Positions 40,071-53,003 of a DNA stretch of 64,000 nucleotides are shown here, in pieces. This DNA comes from Euglena gracilis (taxonomy: Eukaryota): the NCBI GenBank assembly GCA_039621445.1, contig CP154954.1:15890140-15954139 (forward strand), in the 5' to 3' direction. The number at the start of each line of letters is the position of its first letter. The stretch's first letter is position 1. Both the position numbers and the translations under genes were made by a program. The notes beneath the pieces are model-generated. The model worked only from the letters and a program-made list of their open reading frames with translations. It was not told where the DNA came from and did no database searches.

Positions 40071-41357
40071 ACATATCAGCCATAAATCACCCTGGTAGCT
40101 ACCTTCAAGGTAAGGGAATGGTGGCGGGGAGGGGGCAAAATCTACAACAAGGTCTTCACGGTTTCTACCATTTTTGGAACTTTGGAACTTGTATTTTTTC
40201 AAAAAAATGCCAAAATAAGGGGAAATGCAAGCTTTGGGGGTGAAGAGAAAATGCAAACTGCATAATTTACATCATTGACAGAATCCAGGTAGTGGCAACT
40301 AGGCATCTTTTCAGAAAGCTTCACCCCGGAGTGCTTTCCCATTAGCATTACCCAAATACTCGCACGGGGGGCACGGGGGGTCGAAAATGAACCCCCCTTG
40401 CCTGACCATGGCGTGCCCGATAATGGCCATTCACAAGGGAGCATTGACTGTAATGGCAATTTTCTCAAACCAAACCAAACCATTCTTTCCCAAACCAAAG
40501 CCCCCCAGGGGGGTTTCCTGTCATGGCACGCCATAGCCCAACGCACCCCCCTCCCCAAGGGTTGTAAAAAAACAAAAAAAAAACAAAAAAAAAATACAAT
40601 TTAAAGACAAAGGAAAAAGCAAACAAACACAAAAGCCACCCAAAGGGGGGCACATAACCAACGACAAAAAAAACCGAAGCACCCCTCACACAAATGTCAA
40701 CACACCCACCCAACACCACATTTAAAGCCCCCCCACAAACACACAAGAACCCACCCGACCACAACGGGAAAGGGAAAGGAAAGAAGAAGGAGGAGGGCAC
40801 CCCCGTAAACCTGCGCAGTCCCTCATCCCTCCTTTCCGGCAAACCCCCCCGACGACAAAAGCCAAAAATAGCCAAAATTGTTACAAAACGCCAAAGTGGC
40901 GAAATGGCTTAAAATAATCGAACGTTGACAGAAGAAAAAATTCCGCTCAGCGCCCTGCCGCCTGCAACAGACCCACCCAAGCTTTGGCCCAACTTGGGGA
41001 GCTGCTCACACACTCGCACTAGAACGCGCACTGACGAGCTGCAGAGGTGTCCGCTGCCCCAATCCTGCGCATTATCCATCATTTCTCAAATTATGGGCTA
41101 TTTATACACGGATTTGCTTATTTGAAATTTACTGGTATTTTTTATTCAGCTTGAGTTCTCTGATGTGAAAAAAAGAGCAGATATGGAAGCATAAACGCCT
41201 GAATGGCCATGCCTTCACTTAAGGGTCCCCCAGAGGGTGTGTCGAACTGAATTGACACTAGCTGGAAAACCTCGCTGGAAACAAAAATACTTCAGAGTCG
41301 CAGCTGGCTGCAAAAAAAATTGTTCCCCATGGTCGCAATAAAAAAAAAACAATGACT

Positions 41358-41780
<423 letters not shown>

Positions 41781-41958
41781 GCAAAAAATGTATGGTGTTG
41801 CATAATGAATCATGTTATGTGTACGATTTATGCCAGAATATTACAAGTTGTGCAACCTCTGTTTGTAATAAAGCTGGTTTGAAAACGTGCCTAAAAATGC
41901 GGGACTGCAAATTCTTTTAGAACCTGGGGGGGTCAGCACTTGGGGTGGGCCACAATTG

Positions 41959-42356
41959 CAGGGAGGGGAAAAACACAACATGGACCCTCAAAAAACGCGA
42001 TGCAAACAAATGAAAAATAAACGTAAAAAAATGCAAAAAAAAACGGTAATTGCATGTAAAATCCTTTGCAGAGCTGCGGAGCCACGGAGCTCCACCCCGA
42101 AATGCAATTTCAGCCTGAGGGGCTTAAATTTCAGCTCCATCAGGGCAGATTTTTCAGTTCGCATAAAGATATGCAATTTGTTGGCAAAAATTGCAAAATT
42201 GGGGACATTGGGGGCAAAATGAGGAATTTTTCATTCTCCAAAAAATTCCAGCAAAATCGAAAAATCGCTGCAAAAAAAGCAAAAAAAAACAAAATTTTTG
42301 CCAAAATCAAAAAAAACACAAAATAAAAATGCAAAAAAAACGCGTTCCCCCCCCTG
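41959..42356. mobile_element. hAT-like MITE (CAG...CTG, 8-bp TSD)
   Basis: CAGGGAGGGGAA / TTCCCCCCCCTG. TSD CACAATTG / CACATTTG (7 of 8 match). Confidence 0.8.
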
Positions 42357-43848
42357 CACATTTGAAAACGAGGATTGGGTGGCCAACGTTGGGGTGCCTA
42401 ACTTATATTCACTATTCTCGGCGGGTCATATCCAAAAATAGGGTCAAATTCAAATGGCCCTGGGCAAGGTTGCACTTTGAGGTCAGAGACGTATGGGGAC
42501 GTCAAGTTTGCAAATGCAAATAACCACTTGACAATTCTCCGGACAACCCTGTTTTTTTTTACGACAACCTTAGATGCAGAAAATGAAGACCTTTTCTGTA
42601 TTTAAATCCCAGCCCCAAATGCTTTCAACCGAATTCTTATTCACGATTAAAACGTGAACGTCTCATAACTGGTTGTGCATGCCAAAATTTGGCAAAATCG
42701 ACAGAAAAACTTCTGGAAATTTGTGAGATACACCAAAATATTTGGAACGTGAGTACGGGTGAGGAAATCATGTCGCGCGTTCTTTAAAAGCTGGAGAGGG
42801 GAGTCCCCTGAAGCATCCACTCTCCCCCCTGGGGTTCAACATTCGAAAAATACCTGGATTCCACCCAAATAAAATCAAGGGTGGACATTGGGGGGGGACA
42901 ACCCAAACCCGAACCAACACCCAAACATTAATACCTATCTCCAACAACAAACCATCATAAGCAATAATGTGAAAATTGTGAATGTTTCAATCAGTTTTTT
43001 TTTTGGAGGCAATCCGCCTGGAGCTGTAGCTGGTCTTACCACATTCCGCACAAAGGGCCACTCAATAAGCCTGCCTCACCACACTATCTGCCCAACGTCG
43101 AAGACGCCTGGCCAATGCCGTGCTGTCTTCATCGGTCAAACAGGAAGGCAGCACCTTGCAGGCCACAGGCAGCTGTAGCGGACACCAGGAGGGGGGTGGG
43201 AGAGGTTTGGTTTTGGGGTGCCGTCGAGGGGAAGGCAATGTGGGGCCAGCCATGCCAACAAACCGGCGTCCCAGTCGCCCAGGCCAGGTGACTGGCATGG
43301 ATTAGCCACCTACCCCTTGGGAGGATGGGGTTTGGACTGACCCCCTGTAAAATTTCTGGACCAATCTCTTCGGGCACCTTGTCAGTATCCAAAAAACATT
43401 CATGGACCTATTCATGAATGCGCTTTGGAAAAGCAATTTGGTGTCAAATGGCTTCAATTCAGAGGACAACAAAAAATTATAGCATTTCGGGTTATTGTTG
43501 TCCATCAGACTTTTTGGAGGAAACATTTTGTCAAAAAAAAACTAAAAAATTGCTGTGAAAAGCCAATAGGGAGAATCTGTCCAGTTTGGTGGGATCTCTG
43601 GGTATCCTGTGGGGTTTGATGCAGGTGATGGTGTCTGAGAAAGAATCCTGTTTGGGTCACTGGAACCCCCCCCCAAGACTGAGGTGCACTCAGGGTCAAT
43701 ACAGTCGGGCCGGAAAGAGATTTCAGAATTCATTTGGGGGGGGGCGTCGATGTCCCCAAGGAGTTGCAGAGGTCCCCAGAAACAACCTCACGTTGATTTT
43801 TCCACGGACACTATCTGCATCTGCCTGGTGGCATGGACGACCGACCTA

Positions 43849-44018
43849 CCTCCCCCCCCCCTTGTCGTTGACATGCCAATGTTCCAGGAGAGTGCCGTTT
43901 ACACGGGGGGGGGGGGGTGTCAACGACACGCCATGTCAATGTCACTGTGATTCAATAGGTAGTGTTCCAGAAAAGTGTCGTTGACACGGGGTGTGTGTCA
44001 ACGACAAGGGGGGGGAGG
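43849..44018. mobile_element. Tc1/mariner-type MITE, TA TSD
   Basis: TA-CCTCCCCCCCCCCTTGTCGTTGACA / TGTCAACGACAAGGGGGGGGAGG-TA. Absent from copy B at ~59619. Confidence 0.9.
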
Positions 44019-45551
44019 TACCTTCTCCTTTCCTCCAAAAAACTGACCTGCTGATTTTGCGCAATTCTGATGAGAGGCTTTTGATACCCCCCCCCCCCGT
44101 CAACTTTGCGACGAACACAAACCCAAGGTATCGCAAGGCCCTACTACTACCCATACTAAATGCCTGACCTTGCCTGCGGTGGCCTGACTACCGTGTCGAC
44201 ACAATGGTGCCCTGATTTACATTGGTGTGAAATAACAAGTGTGGCCCACACTGTCCATCGGCTGGGGAGGGGCCAAAAGCAAGTAATCGCAGAAGGGAAC
44301 CAACGTTGCTGCCCAGAATCCTCGGAAAGGGAATTTCCCCTGCGTATCAAGGAGTGGCTGGGGTTGTCAGCAACCCCGGCTGTCCTGGCACGGTGCACAG
44401 GCCACGCGTGGCACAGGGCGGGGCGCGGGCGCAAACGGGTCAAAAAAAAGCCAATGGCGGGCGGGGGGGGGGGGGCAAGAGAGACAGAACCACATGGGTT
44501 GCAGTGGCAGCACAGGGTTGGCTTGTCTCATACTCATGCAAAATGTGCAATTTGCCACCCCGGTGCCTGTGCATTGCCTTTCAGGGTTCCTCCCATTTCC
44601 GTGCTGGCCGAGGCCAAAATGTACCCGTAATTTTCCGTGATTTTCAGTGAATTTCCTTTTTCATTTTTTTTAAAAAAAGTCGAAATCATTTTCCATATCT
44701 AATCATATCCCTCTGCCTCATCCGTGAATATCCGTGAATTTTCGCAATTTCTGTGAAAATGGCCTCACGCCTTTTTCCGTGATCCTCCATGAATTTCAAT
44801 TAATTTCCTTTTCAGGAAATGGGAGGATCCCTGTGTTTTTACACTGTTGAGAAACGATTCTCTTCGTTTCACATCATCACCAAAAAGGTAAAAATTACTT
44901 TTCCTATTACAAATAAATCACATCAGTGAAAACTTAAAAAAGCATGGGGGTGGGCGAAAAAGAATTTGCCTCCTCCAAAAAAAACTGGTGACTTAATTCT
45001 GAGGACATTCGGAGGAATCCTTTCTGATTGAAGCGAGCAATGCTTCCGCTTGTGGTGGTCCTGCCCATCCCGGCATGCCAACTGTAGGTTGCGTGCTGGT
45101 CCGCCTGCATGGAGGCAAAAAAAACAGCGCACGAACGTAGAAATTGAACATCACAAGTATTAGCAAAACCTTTTCGTAACTGCTGATGAGTTGGGGAAAG
45201 ACTTCAGATCGGGTGGCTGATGTTTCTTTGGGTGAACATATGGAAAAGAACTTTGATTTTCGCCGAAATTCTGGTGGCACCACTTTTCAGAAAATACACT
45301 GCCATCGTCCAGAATCAAATATGTCATATCCGAAGAACTAAAGCAGACAACAAAACGCCATTCCTTTCCCCGTCCAGCCTCACCCCTGTGAATGGAACCC
45401 GAAAGAGCAAATCCAGGAAAACCAAGCACTGTCAACAGTCCAGACAAGGGGACAGTTGGTGCAGCAAAAGTATTGAAACCACCGCGGGCAAGGGGGGGAG
45501 TTTCGGGCCAGGAAACAGCATTTTGCAATCTGGGGAAGCAACCCTGCCATC

Positions 45552-45573
45552 CTCTCTCTCTCTCTCTCTCTCT

Positions 45574-45643
<70 letters not shown>

Positions 45644-45656
45644 CTCTCTCCCTCTT

Positions 45657-45687
<31 letters not shown>

Positions 45688-46215
45688 CTCCAAAAACATT
45701 TGGACTCCCCCCCCACCCCCCACACCCGGTGTTGCGTCTGTCGGTCGGGGGGGGTTCCAGCATCTGGGGCAAAAACACCCCTCTTCTCTCGGGGGGTCGC
45801 AGGGGGGATCTCTCCTCACCCTCCAACCCGGGGGTGGGTCGGGCTGGGGGGTGGAACCTCCCCAAAGGGGAAAAATCGTCTCACTGCATCGAGGGCTCCC
45901 TCCGGGACAGCCTGGCACAAGGGGGGGACGCTGGCTGACAGGCCCCAGGGGAAGGCCTCACTGCGGGACCGCCAGAATTCGTGCGCGGGTATGGAGCGCT
46001 CCCACCTTGCCTGGGGAGGGTGGCCTGAGCCGCAGCCTTTTGCGAGTCATCCTCGTTTCTGCATGGGGGCATTTTTGGTGCGAAACAACCCTGCGCCCTG
46101 ACCATGGAAACTCTCTCTCTCCTCCTCTCACTCTCGCATCTCTCTCTCTTCTCTCTTCTCCTTGCTCATTGTCCTCTTCTCATGTCTGTCTGTGTGTGTG
46201 TGTGTGTGTGTGTCT
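45552..46215. repeat. (CT)n/(GT)n-bounded ~660-bp segment present only in copy A
   Basis: Copy B has only a short CTCTCTCT at ~61170. Confidence 0.75.
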
Positions 46216-48616
46216 CTGCCTGTGGTGTGAGTTGACCGAGTCAAAATTGGCCAAGGGGCCAAACTGTGTGACTGTGTGTGTGTGTGTGTGTGTGTGTGGT
46301 GACTGCAGGCGAGGGCTGCGAAGTGCCCGCTAGGCAGGAACCCCACGCCGGTTAATCCAAACCAGGCCACCGAGGCCCGGGTTTGGCTGCGCAGGGCAGC
46401 CTCCAGACCGTTGGGCAGGGAGGTGCTTGACCTGGGTTTGGGGGGCAGGGGGTGGTGTTGGGTGCTGGGCAATCCGGACTGGGCCAACCCGGAACCCGGA
46501 GGCAGTTGGAAATTCAGTGCCAAATACGTGCACATTTTCTGAAGCACAATGGTGCCTCACTGAGGGGTTGCACACTGAGGCACCCCCTCAGTGTGCCTCA
46601 GGTGGCGCCCAGGAGCCTGATTCTGACCAACCCAGGGGTGGGGAGCGGAGTTCCGGGTGCTTTCCAGGGAGGCACCCCCCCCCAGTTGCACCTTCTCCCC
46701 CTTGAAATTGACACGCCAAAATATGGGTGAAATGCAGCCAATAAGACGCCAGTATATGAAGGCTTGCGCCTTAATATCGAGCCTGATAATAAATTTGGCT
46801 GTGGCAACATCCAGTTGTCCAAATTTTCAGCAGTCATTTTTCTGGCCCACGTTAATGTCCTGACGTGTTTCAGTTCAAGCCAAAACAATCGATAAAAAAA
46901 TTCCCGCAGACAGAAGCCATCACTTCAGCATGGGGGAGGGTGACAAACGAGTCAGTCGCTCAGGGATTTTTTAAAAAAAAACTCGGTCAGCCACCTCCCT
47001 CACGTGGAAATACCCAGTTGAGAAAATACACCCCACGGTGAATGGGCTCGCAGAGAGCCTGAGGAAGCCTCAGCAAGCTGGAAAGCGTTGGGAGAGGATC
47101 TCACGCCATCCTTTCCTGCCCCTTGGTTCCACCTTCACCCAGTCTCCCCACCCCGGAAACTGTCCCCAGACAAATCAGCAAGCACCGATGTAGGAGGCAG
47201 GTCAGCAAATACGGAGAGGGGGGGTGGGGCTGGGTGAGAGGGGAAAAAGTCAAAAAGAATTCGACCGCCGGCAGACAGAAAATCCGACAACACAATTTTT
47301 CGCAAGTTTGGGATAAGCTTGAAAGCAACGTTCGGAGTTTTTTTCAACTCAGGAATCTGCTTCTTCAAGAAAAAAGTGAAAATTTTCAAACAATCGTTGG
47401 GAGACAAGGTGCGGGGAGAGAGGAGGACAGGTGCCCCCAATGAAGTCAGGTTGGTGAATATGGAGGGAAGAGGATAGGCTCCCTGGGGGGGATTCCAACC
47501 TCAGAGTTTTTCAAAAAGGAACTTCATTGAATTTTGACCTCGACACGTTGGCCAGTACCTGGGGACCTGGCAGTTTCGTTGGTGGGCTGCTGACAGGTTC
47601 TCGGTAATGACAACTTACTGAGAGGGGGGTGACGGCCAATTCTTCGACCCATTTCTGGAAACGTCTTTCTGCAACCAAGCTCCAAAACTTTGGAAATTCT
47701 GCATCATGCCCTTGCTCCAACTTGACGCTTTCCACCCAGAATGGGTTGGAAAAGAAACCTCACGGACATTTTTTTCCAGCCTCTGCAAACCGCCACTAAC
47801 CAGACCACCACCGCCACCCCCATTTCCAAGTCAGGTCTGGTTGCAAGGAACGAGAGCGCGCAAAAGGCATGCTGGGTTGCCCACCAACCGCTGGGAGAGA
47901 AAACATATAACAGGGCCATGACAGGCATGCATGTCAATGAGTCGCGCGTCGGAGAGGGGTTGGACATTGCACAGCAGCTCTCCACTGGACCAGGCGTAAG
48001 CTACATCCCCACAGGGAAAAATTAGGGGGAAAGATGGGAAATAATTCCAAGCTTCTTTTTACCAAACTCTGGGGGAGGGGATGTCTAGCAGGCTTCTGTT
48101 TACCAACTCTGGGGAGGGGGGGGTTCGTCCTGTAATAATAATAATAAAAAAGCGCTTACCTGTACCGGTGGGGGAGGTCAGGACCACCTAACCAATTTTA
48201 TTGCAGAACTACTTAACCCAGGCGCTGTCCGAGAAGCAGTGTAATATAGACACATCAAAATACCTGACCTTGCTTGAGTTGGGATGGCGTCAACTTCTGC
48301 CTCAACACTGGTGTGTCGGCGTCTATTTTCTGTTGTTGTGTTGTGTATTGCCTCTTCACTGACGAATGACCCTTCCAAGATTTTTGAAGGAAGCTTGCAC
48401 CTTCCCCCAGGGGGATGGGAGCCATGGCAGGGGGTGGGCGATTTTGACGGTGTCACGATTTGGTGCAGGAGGATCAAAAGAGCTCATGCATTGTGTGTGG
48501 ATGAAGAGCAAGAAAAAAAACAACTTTCTGTTTGATTGGCCTCACAATTACGGGATGCGATCAGAACAGCGACGGGTTTCTTCTTTCGCTAAAAGCCGGG
48601 TTGAACAGACTGACTA

Positions 48617-48855
48617 AACCCGACCCCCCACTTATAACCCCCCCAATCCTATAACCCCCCCCCTACTTATAACCCCCCCCCCTCGGGCCCAACCACTAAA
48701 CCGTGACTTATAACCCCCCCCCCCCTGGAAACCATGAGAAGGCAAAGAGAACGGCCAAGGCTGAAACCCCCCCCACTTATAACCCCCCCCCTCGGGGCCA
48801 ACCACTAAACAGGATCCTATAACCCCCGGGGGGGTTATAAATGAGGGGGGGGGGT
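48617..48855. mobile_element. TA-flanked MITE with CTTATAACCCCC repeats
   Basis: Empty site GACTATTC at ~63876 in copy B. Confidence 0.9.
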
Positions 48856-49219
48856 TATTCATTTGCAACTGAACCACTGCGGAAATGCTGCACGACTCAC
48901 CTGGTGCCACGTCCAATTTTGACAGCAAACCATCCAGCACCCTTTGAAACCTGGCACGTGTACTCCACCACTGTTCTGTCAACAGAAAATGCTCGAGCTT
49001 CTGTTGTTAAAATCATTTCTACGCATCCTGAGTAATTGTCCCGTTATGCAAATTAAGCTGAGATGGTGCCAAGTCGAACGCTCTTATTCTTTTGTGCCGG
49101 CAAAAGTTCTCTGATGCCATAAAATCCATGTTCCTTTGCGCGATTGCGCAAAAGAACATAGCACAAACATTCCAAGAAGAATGTACAATTGTTAAACTAA
49201 CACACTGAACTTTTTTCTG

Positions 49220-49960
49220 TTTGGGCACTGCAAATTCTGTGATGATGTCGCAAAGCAGCCGGTCCCACCGTCGCGGTATGCGGACTACGCCTGCCTCTGC
49301 CAAAATGGGGAAGATCCTGGGCAGATTCGTCCAGGACCACTTTGTGGAGGGCTATGAGGTGTTCGTAGCCAATGCCCAGATGACCCCTACTGAACTTAAT
49401 CATCCAGATGCCCACACCCGGGTCCTGCTGATTACCGACGGCGCCTGCTTGGAGTACCTGCTGGTGGAGTTGTGATGGCAGCTGCGACTCCACTGGACAG
49501 AGTTGCTGCTGCGGGATGCCTAGGTCCTGTATCGTACAGTGCGCCACCGCGACTGCCCTATGGCGCAACAGCCCATCGTGGCCCCTGAGGACGTCCAATG
49601 CAGATGAAGGAGTCATTCAGCAGACACCTGAGTCCTGGCGGCATCCACCTGACTGGGCCTGACTGGAATCAGTGGTCACGAGGAGAGAGCGGAGGGGTGT
49701 CGGGCAGGCAGCAGATGGCGGGGAAAGTCTGTGTGCTGTGGTATGACAACTTCTGGAAGCACCAGATGCGGTCCACCCCGTTCGAACCTGTCCACACCCA
49801 GGACTGCACCGCCATAGCCACTGTGGCCATCGTGCGGACGACCCTGGTGGCCATCCCGGAGTACCCAAAGTGCCCTTCCGTGGAGAGGGTGCTATGCTGC
49901 GTCCCACTGGTGGCCAGGCTCCCAGTGCAATCAGTCCTGGCGGACTTCGTGCAGCATCAC
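49220..49960 (+). pseudogene. Degenerate transposase-like ORF (possibly Academ/DUF6589-like)
   Basis: GC-rich coding texture with stops. VCVLWYDNFWKHQMRSTP...QDCTAIA resembles the hhhhDN...TA first catalytic strand region. Confidence 0.35.
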
Positions 49961-51194
49961 CAACATCGCTGTGTCCCCGCTGGATGGCAAAGCGTGGACG
50001 TTCCCAATCAGTACACTCAGGACTTTGTTTCTTCTTTCTCGTGCTATATGCCGTGAAAAACAATGATTTTCAGTGGATTGCCAGCAGAATTGCGGATGTG
50101 CAAGCTTTGTGGTATCAATTGGTTTGCGCAATTGTCTTTACAAGTCTTCACAGGCACCGTTTGTGCAATTGTGATATTCTAATGTTTCAATATGTGTTTG
50201 GGTTAGGGTTAGACAGTTCGAGTAAGGGATGGCTCGACAACAAAATCTGAATCCTGCATTTTTTGGGGTTGCCTCCACGGAGCCCCCGTGGAGGCTCCGC
50301 AGAGGATCTGGGTAACCAGTCTCCACAGAGGCTCCGCGAAGGCTCCGCGGCTCCAAACAACCAGCCTCCACAGCGGTTCCTCAGAGGCTCCGCGGAGGCT
50401 CAGGTAACCAATTTGCCAGAGCATGGCAAGACACATGGAAATGAACGGGAAAATCTCAAAAAAAAATGGAACGCAAAAGGACATTTGAGCCTCACCTTGC
50501 ACAGAGTAGTGATGCCATTTTTGTTCTGGGGGGCATCCCCTCCCCCAGACGAGGCCGGTGTCAAAAAATGACGCCAAAAAAGGAGCCAACAAAAAGTGAA
50601 TTGTATGCCAAAAACTTGGCATTCAATGAGGTCCAAGTGTGAGGTGACAGGGGGGGGGGGTGGCAAGGAAGGGGTATGTGTGGTGTGGCAGCAGGGGGGG
50701 GATGTGAGGTGTGGGGGGGGGTGGAGGGGGGGGGGTACTGTGGGTGCACCACTTCACGCCATCTCTCACTTTGAGATTGAAAATTTTAGCACTTCGAGCC
50801 AAAAACAAAATAACAACAAACCCGCCCCCAAAAAGGCTGAGGGATGATGCCCCATTACAAGCCGAAAAAGACTGCACACACACGCACACGAACATTACTC
50901 CCGTTTGATAAATCTTTTCTGTGGAATTTTCGATACCGCGGGCAAAAATCACAAACTTTCGATCGAGGAGGGGAGGTGTGGGAGGTCGATGCTGCTGGTT
51001 TCTTTCAGGTTCGGTCACACAAATGAGCGACCCTGAAAAGCATTGGCGGGCTCGTGGCCCATTTTCCCTTCGAAACAGCCAACCTTTGCCATCGCTCCCC
51101 AACCATTTACCAAGCTCAAAAACGATGCCTTGGGTCGTTAACACTCGGAGAACAGGAAAAAAGGCCGAGAAATGATGCCCCAGGGCCCATTATA

Positions 51195-51399
51195 CCTCCC
51201 CCCCCCCGGGCGCTTGGCCCGGGCCATGATTGAAGGTAAGGCCAGGGGGCCAACCTTAGGGGGGCCAAGTTTGCATGTTAAGAATTTTGGCGGCCATGTA
51301 CAAAAGGCCTAAGGCCAACTTTAGGGGGGCCAAGTTTGCATGTAAGCAGGAGGGGGGCCAAGCGCCTAGGGGGGGCCAAGCGCCCGGGGGGGGGGGAGG
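51195..51399. mobile_element. Tc1/mariner-type MITE, best copy of a family with about 6 copies in the window
   Basis: TA-CCTCCCCCCCCCCGGGCGCTTGG / CCAAGCGCCCGGGGG..AGG-TA. Relatives at ~25890-26210, 31830-32035, 33900-34105, 37870-38055 and 39271-39450 (reverse). Confidence 0.9.
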
Positions 51400-53003
51400 T
51401 AAGCCGACAAAAGATTGCACACGCACACACACCGCACATTACTCCTATTTGACAAACCTTTTCTGTGGAATTTCCCCTGAGTGCCCCCCCCCCTGGGTCC
51501 AATCTTCAAGAAATCCCTGATTTAACAAGGAATCTGATTCTCCAAACCGCCCTTTCAGCTGTCCAGATTCTACTTGCCTGCTGCTTTATGAATCAGGGCA
51601 AAAATGATTATGATTATGATTATGATTATGATTATGCCATGGATTAGAGAGGATTAAATGTGGCATCGACCGACAATCCTGAACGTAACCCAAACCCTAG
51701 CTCAAACCAAACCCCAACCTGAACCCTTAAACCAGGGCCCCACCTGCCGGTGAGGTCCTGGCGTGGTCAATTGCCCTTTCTCTGCAGTGGAAAGCAATAC
51801 TCTTCCCTTCACTTGCAAATTTTCTTCCGTTTTGCACTCATTTTTTTCATTCTTGGAAGAGTTTTGCATTTGCATGGTTTTTTGTGTTTGTCCCTTTAAT
51901 TCTTTTTTCCCAATTCTCTCATTTTTACATTTTTAAATGAAATTTTTCTTTGCATTTTTTAAGCACACTTTTGCACGCTTTTTTCCCTGAAGATGTCCAA
52001 AAGACAGATACAGACACTCAGACACACATATTGACAAACAAAAAAACATCCAGGCAGAGATGGGAAAATCCGTGATATTTTTTTGCGGAGAGAAACTGGT
52101 CAAAACAGCATTCATTCATTCATTCATTCATTCATTCATCTCATAAAAACTGCAAAAAAAATCAGCTAATTGAGATTCTGCAACTACAAAAAATCTTCAG
52201 AGTCCCCTCACAGAGCTGGGGAGCTTCATAGATCAGGGCTATAATGGGAAGTTGGCGCCCTCACCATCACTAAAATGTATTGCACGTGTTGAGAGCTGCC
52301 CTAGATTCACCCAATATAAAGATTGTGGGTGCGACATGGCTCAGCGGAAGGATAACACTCCATGGCAGCAACCATCCTGTAGCAGCGGTTGCCGACTTCT
52401 GCTGGCAATCAGGGATGGGACAATCCAAAAGCAAGAGCAGACCCTGAAACAAACGAGGAGAGTGGGGCAACCTGTGAATGTCCAATGCTCTCAGGCAATT
52501 GGGCTCCTTCAGTAACTCCCAATTTGTTTCTTGTATATCCTTGTATAAAATCCTTGTGTACAGATGAAAATTCTTAACATATTCAATAAATCTACAGTGT
52601 GCCCGGCAAATATCAATTTTCGGGAAATTGTCACCTGTCAAATCAGTGAGTATGGAGGGAGGTGACAGGTCCCTATAAAGATAGGTCAGCGGTGCAGTGC
52701 TAGAAGCCACATTCTCCCGGGGAGTCCGGGTAGCCAACACAAAAATCCGAAAATGTGGTTTTTCCACACATTTGCGATCAGCAGCCACAGAAATTCAAGC
52801 AATTTTTTTCGACTCGGGAAGTGTGATTTTTCGACAAGAATGTGAAAAATCTGAAAAACATATAGGTTACAGGTCTGCGGATAAACCAGGTTTTGAATAG
52901 TGCTGAGCTCTTAATAAGCGCTCACCCACCCCTTCATTGACACCCCCATATAAACCGGCCCACTCCATGGAGCTCTGTTGACTGAAATGCAAAGGCTTGC
53001 AAA

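Larger units (their letters stand above)
43720..49200 (-). pseudogene. Degenerate multi-exon element, copy A (unidentified protein)
   Basis: Collinear with 59505-64000. Minus-strand donors CAG|GTAAGC (~48158), CAG|GTATTT (~48263) and CAG|GTGAGT (~48900). Many stops. Confidence 0.65.

Noticed and set aside
45160-46333. 250-310-aa overlapping ORFs
   Set aside because: They span a (CT)n tract and a copy-specific insertion, and are not conserved in copy B.
47059-47092. Hammerhead-like CTGAGGA...GAAAGCGTT (also at ~62300)
   Set aside because: No stem I complementarity, and it lies inside a coding remnant of the duplicated element.
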